DNA of 32,000 nt from Vulcanisaeta distributa DSM 14429 (lineage in GTDB: Archaea > Thermoproteota > Thermoprotei > Thermoproteales > Thermocladiaceae), in contig NC_014537.1 of NCBI RefSeq assembly GCF_000148385.1, forward strand, positions 60,001 through 92,000, in the 5' to 3' direction. The notes under the pieces are model-generated. The model made no database searches and was not told where the DNA came from. It saw nothing but the letters and a program-made list of their open reading frames with translations. Below, one piece after another: positions 26,322 through 32,000 of this stretch. A program made the translations under genes and the position numbers. Numbering within the stretch: the stretch's first letter is position 1; every line of letters begins with the position of its first letter.

Positions 26322-26347
26322 CCCGCCCAGGCCCTGGCCTGGGCGGG
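26322..26347. repeat. GC-rich perfect inverted repeat / hairpin (CCCGCCCAGGCC-CT-GGCCTGGGCGGG)
   Basis: 12-nt arms are exact reverse complements. It starts 1 nt after the TGA of the metallophosphoesterase gene, between convergent genes. Confidence 0.8.
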
Positions 26348-26409
26348 CCTTGGTGTGGGTGCATGCAGGGGCATTACTGGTTTCCTATGGGTTAATTTAT
26401 TAGTATTGG

Positions 26410-26679
26410 TTAAGATTCCTGCCTCGCTGGCGTGAAGTGTAGTAGGTCGTCATCCATGGTGATTACGCCCTTCTTCCTTAGTGACCACAGTATGTCTACT
26501 ACGTATGGCCTAATCATGGCCTCTAGGTCATCACTTAAATTCACGCCTCTCCTCCTGAGTTCCTCAATTACTGAGTCGACGAAGCCTAGGGTCTCGGTCT
26601 TACCCTTGATACTGCCTAGTTTATTCATTGTTACCTCCTCAACGAGCTTCCTTATGTCCTCTGGTATGTTTATGCTCAT
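26410..26679 (-). CDS. Hypothetical 89-aa protein, possibly a small winged-helix-like partner
   Basis: Its ATG overlaps the stop of the upstream 334-aa gene (ATGA at 26676-26679). The C-terminal ILWSLRKKGVITMDDD resembles a recognition helix plus wing (weak). Confidence 0.5.
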   Translation of the reverse strand: MSINIPEDIRKLVEEVTMNKLGSIKGKTETLGFVDSVIEELRRRGVNLSDDLEAMIRPYVVDILWSLRKKGVITMDDDLLHFTPARQES

Positions 26680-27680
26680 TTAATGTTCACCCAGGTAAAC
26701 TTCATGCAGACCTTATTTAAGGGGCACTCGTTACACTTAAGTCGTGAGCAGTATTCATGGCCTATCCTGAACGCGCCCCTCTCATAGATTATCGGGTCAT
26801 TGCTCAATCTACCTGTCGCTCTAACGAGTCCCTTAACCTCATCGACCTTTATGGTAACCCCACTATCCTTATTAACTAATATTTCATTTAGTATTTTCAT
26901 TGCATGGTCATTATTCAAGACCAGAAACGCGCCACTCCTTATCGTGACCATGGTACTATAAACATCCGCAATCATCGTATAGCGCCTATACCCACTCCTC
27001 GAAATTACGCCAAGAGCCACCGGCAGGTTAGTCTCATGCGATACCCACCTGATGAACGTCCTAATCGCCCTCTTCCTCCTCTCATTAGCCCTCGGTGGGT
27101 AAAACATTGGTAGTGCCTTCTCAAAATCGTTTATATCGCGAAACTTGGGTATCCACCTAAGTAGTGTTGTTCCGTAGGCCTTTGTCAACTTCCTTAAGCC
27201 ATAAACGAAGCTGTGAACCGCATTACTTACTTCCTGAACATCCTCACCCTTGATACCCTCACCCTCATAGTCATTTAGCAACTTCATACTTACCTCATTA
27301 ATTAGTGAGTAATCAGGGTTTGAGATTAGGCGGCTCACCATGTTGTAATTCCTGCGTATAACCCTATATATTACTTCATTTCTTAGGTTTCGGAATCCCA
27401 TGAATAATACCGTGGCAAGCAGTAGGTACCTTAGGAGTTCCTCTGCCTTGGGTACATTCATGTATAATTGAATGAGTGAGTTAATGTCAACCCTACCCTT
27501 ACCCCTCGTTGTTTCCTGAATATACAATTCACGTATCCTTTGATATGGAACCATTAATTCATCAGGTAAATTCTCAAATACCGCCTCCTTTACCGATGAC
27601 CCATATTCATTAATTGCCCTTATTATATCCTCGTATCGATCCTTCCTTCGCAAATCAATTTCGAGAGAACTCATTATCAT
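26676..27680 (-). CDS. Divergent HhH-GPD-superfamily-like (DUF2400/TIGR02757-like) protein with C-terminal Cys4 cluster
   Basis: 334 aa. RRKRAIRTFIRWVSHETNLPVALGV…MIADVYSTMVTIRSGA parallels KR..lFLRWMVR..vDLGLW…PLDTHV of DUF2400 (from memory). The C-terminus CSRLKCNECPLNKVC (26706-26750) is C-x4-C-x2-C-x5-C, close to the EndoIII/MutY Fe-S loop. Confidence 0.45.
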   Translation of the reverse strand: MIMSSLEIDLRRKDRYEDIIRAINEYGSSVKEAVFENLPDELMVPYQRIRELYIQETTRGKGRVDINSLIQLYMNVPKAEELLRYLLLATVLFMGFRNLRNEVIYRVIRRNYNMVSRLISNPDYSLINEVSMKLLNDYEGEGIKGEDVQEVSNAVHSFVYGLRKLTKAYGTTLLRWIPKFRDINDFEKALPMFYPPRANERRKRAIRTFIRWVSHETNLPVALGVISRSGYRRYTMIADVYSTMVTIRSGAFLVLNNDHAMKILNEILVNKDSGVTIKVDEVKGLVRATGRLSNDPIIYERGAFRIGHEYCSRLKCNECPLNKVCMKFTWVNIK

Positions 27681-27757
27681 TTACGTGAAGGCACTAAAAT
27701 ATAAATCTTGGCATTACATGCGTTATTAGCGAATTGGAGGGTCATGTTGAATAAGGG

Positions 27758-28570
27758 GTGAATAAAGAGCTAGTTTGTATGGACCTGGGATTAAAGGGTA
27801 AGGTCGCGCTTGTGACGGCCTCGAGCAGGGGTATTGGGCTTGGGATAGCCAGGGTACTTGCCCAGGAGGGTGTCAAGGTCGTCATTAGCGCTAGGCGTGA
27901 GGACGAACTCGCTAAGGCTAGGGAGACCATTGTTAAGGAGAGTGGTGCTGAGGTGTTGGCTGTTAGGGCTGATTTAACGGTTAAGGATGACGTGGATAAA
28001 CTCGTAAAGGAGGCCATGAGTACCTTTGGGAATATTGACATCCTCGTTTTTAACGCGGGACCTCCAAAGCCAGGCACGTTTTCGCAGTTAAGTGAGGATG
28101 ATTGGGAGTACGCAACGAGACTACTACTCCTCAGCGCCGTGTGGCTTACTAAGCGTGTTGTTAATAACATGGTCAGTAGGGGCTGGGGTAGGTTAATCTA
28201 CGTAACATCACTAACCCTGAGACAACCGATACCAAACCTGGTGCTTTCAAATACCGTCAGGCTTAGCCTAGCTGGTTTGGTTAAGTCATTGGCCGTTGAG
28301 TATGGGCCGTATGGGATCACGGCGAATGGGATAATGCAGGGATACATAATGACGGAGAGAATAAACCAGCTGGCGCAGGAGGAGGCGAGGGCGAGGGGCG
28401 TCAGCGTTGATGAGGTCATTAAGGCATGGAGTAAGGAGATACCGGCCGGCAGGTATGGGAGACCTGAGGAGATTGGCTACCTAGTTGCGTTCCTTGCGAG
28501 TGATAAGGCGGCTTATATAAATGGTTCGATGATATTGATTGACGGTGGCTACGTGAGGTGTGTATTTTAA
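27758..28570 (+). CDS. Short-chain dehydrogenase/reductase, atypical (BKR-like subgroup)
   Basis: TASSRGIGLGIA cofactor motif and NAG. The catalytic S…YxxxK is replaced by S…SNTVR. GTG start, with an alternative ATG at 27779. Confidence 0.75.
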   Translation: MNKELVCMDLGLKGKVALVTASSRGIGLGIARVLAQEGVKVVISARREDELAKARETIVKESGAEVLAVRADLTVKDDVDKLVKEAMSTFGNIDILVFNAGPPKPGTFSQLSEDDWEYATRLLLLSAVWLTKRVVNNMVSRGWGRLIYVTSLTLRQPIPNLVLSNTVRLSLAGLVKSLAVEYGPYGITANGIMQGYIMTERINQLAQEEARARGVSVDEVIKAWSKEIPAGRYGRPEEIGYLVAFLASDKAAYINGSMILIDGGYVRCVF

Positions 28571-28606
28571 GGTGAATAAACTATAGGCCATTTTGAATTA
28601 AAATAA

Positions 28607-29422
28607 TCAGTAGTATACGGGTAATTCCTCCTTGGGCGGTTTCATATACGCCTCAAGGTTCTTATCCACCAGGAACGCGTACTTACTTGCATGCTCGGCC
28701 AACTTATCCGTTGGTATTTCAAAACCAACAATCCTACTTAAGGCCCTTATTAACTTAAGAGCTGCTGTAACGTCGGGTCCATACCTACCAATTGTTTGGT
28801 TTAGGATTGCGAGTACGTCCTTATGACTTGATAACTTCCCACTCTCAATTAACCTATTAATCGCCGTTAAGACCTTCGACTCCGCGAGTAGTAATACGCC
28901 GTTTATGTTCCTGGAAAGCACGGAGTCGAGGAAAACCGCCTCTATGCCCGTTATTGTAGCCTCATGAAGCGGTATTAAGCCCAGTTGCTTATACTCATCG
29001 ACATGCCCCTCCTCACTAACGAAATATACGTTATCACTCTCTTGCTCGCCAAGGAGTGATGTTGAGGTTAAGCACACGACTCTACTCACGGCGTTATCCT
29101 CAGCCCAATCCAGTATTTTATCTACGAACTGCCTATAGAGTGTCGGTGGAATCGGCACATGCTGCCTAATTACAACAATTGCGTGCTCCCTATCAAAGAA
29201 CAGCCTATAGGGTAGCTTAGCTGCACCATCGATGACCGTGACGATAGGTACATGGCCCCTAGGCTTTATCGAACCAATCTCCTCCATCTTGAGGGTCTCC
29301 ACGAGGTACTCAATGGCCACTATGGAGGCCAGTGATGGTTCAGGGCACGCCATGATTAGTGTATTTCGTGGGTCCCGTGGAATGGACTTAATCTTAATGT
29401 CGAATGCTGTGGTTGAGGACAT
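28607..29422 (-). CDS. PAC2-family (proteasome-assembly-chaperone-like, COG1938) protein
   Basis: 271 aa. N-terminal LIMACPEPSLASIVAIEYLV and overall length and pattern resemble archaeal PAC2/ATP-grasp-like proteins (from memory). Confidence 0.5.
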   Translation of the reverse strand: MSSTTAFDIKIKSIPRDPRNTLIMACPEPSLASIVAIEYLVETLKMEEIGSIKPRGHVPIVTVIDGAAKLPYRLFFDREHAIVVIRQHVPIPPTLYRQFVDKILDWAEDNAVSRVVCLTSTSLLGEQESDNVYFVSEEGHVDEYKQLGLIPLHEATITGIEAVFLDSVLSRNINGVLLLAESKVLTAINRLIESGKLSSHKDVLAILNQTIGRYGPDVTAALKLIRALSRIVGFEIPTDKLAEHASKYAFLVDKNLEAYMKPPKEELPVYY

Positions 29423-29446
29423 ACCATGGCTTACTTGATGCTTGAT

Positions 29447-30427
29447 TTAAATACTTTGTGCAAGTAATGCTGGGTCGATGGGCACCCTATCAATCCTGGC
29501 CCTACTGCCCCTCCTCCTTAGTATGTCCTCCACGGCGCTGGTCACGGCAGCCGCTGCCACACCAACGGGCACCTCACCAATCCCCTTAACACCCATTGGG
29601 GTTACTGGGGATGGTGATGGGACCAGGTGGACCTCAATCTCCGGCATATCCATGGAGTTTGGCAGCCCATAATCACCGAGGCTCAGCGTTAGTAGGTTGC
29701 CATCCTCATCATACCTATAAGCCTCATAGAGCGCCAGTGATATTCCTATTGCTGTACCACCCATTACCTGCTCCTTAACGAGCTCCTCATCTATTACGTT
29801 ACCCGGGTCCAGGTAAACCACGTGCTTTATTGGCCTAAGCCTACCATCCTCATACCTAACAACGGCAATGTCACAGGCAAATGGGTACGCAATATACCTA
29901 CCGATCTTCGCCTCTGCCGTGTATGTGAAGGTTACCTCCTCATCACCAAGCTCGAGTATGCTAACCCTCCTACCATCACTTGAGTGGAAATACCCCCTCT
30001 CATACGTAATGTTACTACCAAGCACCCTAACGGCCTTATTATACAACCTAGCCCTCAACTCCTCAACGGCGCCAAGCACCGCGCCCGCCGTGAATACGGC
30101 CATGCGGCTACCACCAGGCCCAAAGGCCTCTGGACTCTCATCACTTGGTAAGTACTCATACGTGACCCAGTCCATGGGCACATCAAGGAGTTGGGACACG
30201 AGCTTAACCGCCGCGTGCTCATTACCCTGACCCTCACCACCAAACCCAAGCCCAACGATTATCCTACCATTCTTAATCCTCAACTTAATACCCTCTGTAC
30301 CCTGCGGTGTTGATGGGTCTGTCGACACTGCAATACCAACACCCGTATTCTCATCCCTCAGGGAGAACAAGTCGTTACGTGACAGGGCAAGTTCAAGATG
30401 GAAAACACACTCAAAGAGGGAGGATTT
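29447..30427 (-). pseudogene. C-terminal ~40% of a molybdopterin-binding large subunit of the xanthine dehydrogenase / CoxL / aldehyde oxidase family (5'-truncated)
   Basis: GEGQGNEHAAV…GPGGSRMAV…GGTAIGISLALYE…MPEIEVHLV…PMGVKGIGEVPVGVAAAAVTSAV matches only the distal Mo-binding domain. The frame closes at a stop at 30428-30430, and only a TTG (30370) is available as a start. Full-length homologues are ~700-800 aa. Confidence 0.65.
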
Positions 30428-31955
30428 TCAGTCTCGTGGACTCTGAGCAGGGTACTGGGCAGTTCAGAGTTATTATCGCTCTTGCTATCTTTTCTGCCTT
30501 CCTTTCGTTGTTCTCACTTATTGCATCCTCATACATTTTTCTCAATGCGCCACAGATTTTAATTAAGAGCTCTGGGCTCCTCTTTGCTTGTCCTTTATTT
30601 ATATAGATTTCAAATCCTCCACGGGCCTCCCTCAACTTAGCTTCATACCCAGCCCTTCTTAGGGCTTCCTGAATCGCCCTGGCATCCTCAAGCCTTCTAC
30701 GCCAAGCCCTAAGCTCCACATAACCGGCGTCTCTCACGTTTATGTTCATCCATACGTCATCAATAATCTCAATCATTGACCTACCGTGTGGCTTAACCCT
30801 CATACTAGCCAGTGTAATTAAGTTCCTGAGTTTATCCGCATCGGGTAATTGACTAAGGCACTCAACTATTACTTTAACCAACGCATTATTAAGCCACTCC
30901 TTGGCAAGCGCAACAGCCTTGGAGCTACGTAGCTCATACCGTTTAGTATTTCTACTACCGTAATTCTTGAAGCCAAGACTTTCCATCATCTCAATAATAC
31001 CTTTCCATAATTCGTGTTTTGAACCGCCAATTGTGATATCGATAACCTTCTTTTTCCTCTTGATATAGATGTTACCATCCCCGAGAACAGCGAATAATAA
31101 GAACGTTAAGAATTCGTCATAGTTAAGCTTGAGGACTTTCTTGGTGATCTTAGCCTTGCTTTTAAACTTAGTCTTATGGCTAATAGCCCTTAATTCCCAC
31201 TTAACCTTTACATCGCCATTGTTGAGATTCACACCATCTATGGCCAGGCGGACCTTACCTGGGTAAGCCAGCGAGAAAACTATAATTTGCCAAAGATGGT
31301 TAGTGTTCATTTTTGGATAGCCATCCTTATCGATCGTACCATCCGTTAAAAGTAAGCCGTACTCTGCTGGCTTTAATAAATTATTGCTAAGTAATCTAGG
31401 TGCAACTATGTATATGCCTTTGCGTCCGATTAGCCGTAGCGTTATTGTTATACTACCCGATACAGCGACTCTCTCGATAGCGACAGAAAGATGTCTTGCG
31501 CGTAAATTTACAATGAAACTTTTGTTTTTATTTAATGCATCGCCTTTTATAAGAACTGTTACTTCACCCTTCATCAATTTAACTATTAGTTCTTCAAGTT
31601 CACTTCGGTACTTGGATAACCATGCCTCTCTTACTTGCTGTGCTAGTTCTCTAATCCCCATACTTAACTCATACATGGTCTTCCTTAGCTCGGCAACACT
31701 TCTATCATTACCCGCTTCGATATTCGTCTCGATCTTCTTTAGCCATTCATTTAGTGCACTAATAGTGTGGTCAAATGGTGTTATTAAATTGCTGAGCAGA
31801 ATAGCTTTGTGCTTCTCAACGCGATTAAGGAATTCGTTTATTAATTTCATTACTTCCTCGGTAGTTCTTGGATCGCCGACTTCCTCGTCACACCTTAACC
31901 TCTTCTCGTCCTTGACTTTAATGTCCCAGCAAATCCTCAAGCCATTAAGAGCCAT
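30411..31955 (-). CDS. 514-aa protein with two LAGLIDADG-like motifs and coiled-coil extensions (possibly a PaREP2-type repeated-element protein)
   Basis: EYGLLLTDGTI (31332-31361) and LLFAVLGDGNI (31068-31103) lie ~88 aa apart. The N-terminal ~190 aa are helical and charged. The ORF is markedly more AT-rich than its neighbours. Confidence 0.55.
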   Translation of the reverse strand: MALNGLRICWDIKVKDEKRLRCDEEVGDPRTTEEVMKLINEFLNRVEKHKAILLSNLITPFDHTISALNEWLKKIETNIEAGNDRSVAELRKTMYELSMGIRELAQQVREAWLSKYRSELEELIVKLMKGEVTVLIKGDALNKNKSFIVNLRARHLSVAIERVAVSGSITITLRLIGRKGIYIVAPRLLSNNLLKPAEYGLLLTDGTIDKDGYPKMNTNHLWQIIVFSLAYPGKVRLAIDGVNLNNGDVKVKWELRAISHKTKFKSKAKITKKVLKLNYDEFLTFLLFAVLGDGNIYIKRKKKVIDITIGGSKHELWKGIIEMMESLGFKNYGSRNTKRYELRSSKAVALAKEWLNNALVKVIVECLSQLPDADKLRNLITLASMRVKPHGRSMIEIIDDVWMNINVRDAGYVELRAWRRRLEDARAIQEALRRAGYEAKLREARGGFEIYINKGQAKRSPELLIKICGALRKMYEDAISENNERKAEKIARAIITLNCPVPCSESTRLKILPL

Positions 31956-31980
31956 GAAACATCCATAAGATTATTTACCA

Positions 31981-31994
31981 ACTAAATTTAATAA
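31981..31994 (-). promoter_or_regulatory. TATA box (minus-strand ttattaaatttagt) for the 514-aa ORF
   Basis: Starts 26 nt upstream of ATG 31955. Confidence 0.45.
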
Positions 31995-32000
31995 ACTACT

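Noticed and set aside
30411-31955. Interpreting the LAGLIDADG-like ORF as an intein within the molybdo-hydroxylase gene
   Set aside because: It has its own start codon, stop codon and promoter-like element. It is in a different frame from the flanking fragment, and no intein splicing blocks (N-terminal Cys/Ser … C-terminal HN-Cys/Ser/Thr) are visible.
31384-31968. 194-aa plus-strand ORF opposite the 514-aa LAGLIDADG-like gene
   Set aside because: The S/L/F-rich translation is typical of the antisense frame of a K/E-rich AT-rich gene. The minus-strand ORF is longer, has recognisable motifs and has a TATA box.
1-32000. CRISPR arrays, cas genes, restriction-modification or toxin-antitoxin pairs, integrases and transposases
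   Set aside because: I saw no regularly spaced direct repeats and no ORFs with recognisable nuclease/helicase defence signatures, recombinase or DDE motifs. The intergenic regions are too short to hide an array.

Overview
This window looks like a densely packed chromosomal segment of a hyperthermophilic crenarchaeon, probably Thermoproteales-like. That inference rests on an archaeal-type SAM synthetase, RpoD/RpoN/eL18/Sm genes, a tRNA with a non-canonical intron, frequent GTG/TTG starts, and A/T-rich TATA boxes ending about 20-27 nt upstream of start codons, which implies leaderless mRNAs. I support about 33 protein genes and 2 tRNAs. They fall into five groups. (1) A conserved information-processing block on the minus strand: rpoD, rpl18e, rpl13, rps9, rpoN, an Sm-like gene and SAM synthetase. 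(2) Redox and metabolic enzymes: a class I FAD disulfide oxidoreductase, a HIBADH-like dehydrogenase, tungsten aldehyde:ferredoxin oxidoreductase, an atypical SDR, a GH36 alpha-galactosidase, and a GT2 glycosyltransferase. (3) Transporters: two MFS proteins, an SSS symporter with a small DUF3311-like subunit, and MscS. (4) Signalling and maintenance proteins: a Cys-based protein phosphatase, Rio2 kinase, a COG2433/DUF460 double RNase-H-fold protein, a RavA-like MoxR ATPase, a PAC2-like protein, and a metallophosphoesterase. (5) Several uncharacterised genes. I found no CRISPR array, no recognisable defence operon, no integrase or transposase, and no rRNA. I do not see a compelling large novel multi-gene system. 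The best candidates for a second look are: (a) an AT-rich 514-aa ORF with two LAGLIDADG-like motifs, sitting where the 5' half of a truncated molybdo-hydroxylase (CoxL/XDH-family) gene should be; (b) a translationally coupled two-gene unit encoding a divergent HhH-GPD/DUF2400-like protein with an EndoIII-like Cys cluster plus an 89-aa partner; (c) a RavA-like ATPase with a small Zn-ribbon neighbour and no VWA partner; (d) the Rio2 and COG2433 nuclease-like gene pair; (e) a tRNA-Ile whose intron lies inside the anticodon stem; (f) an unexplained 338-bp gap and a GC-rich perfect hairpin. All family assignments come from motif reading by eye and need profile searches to confirm.
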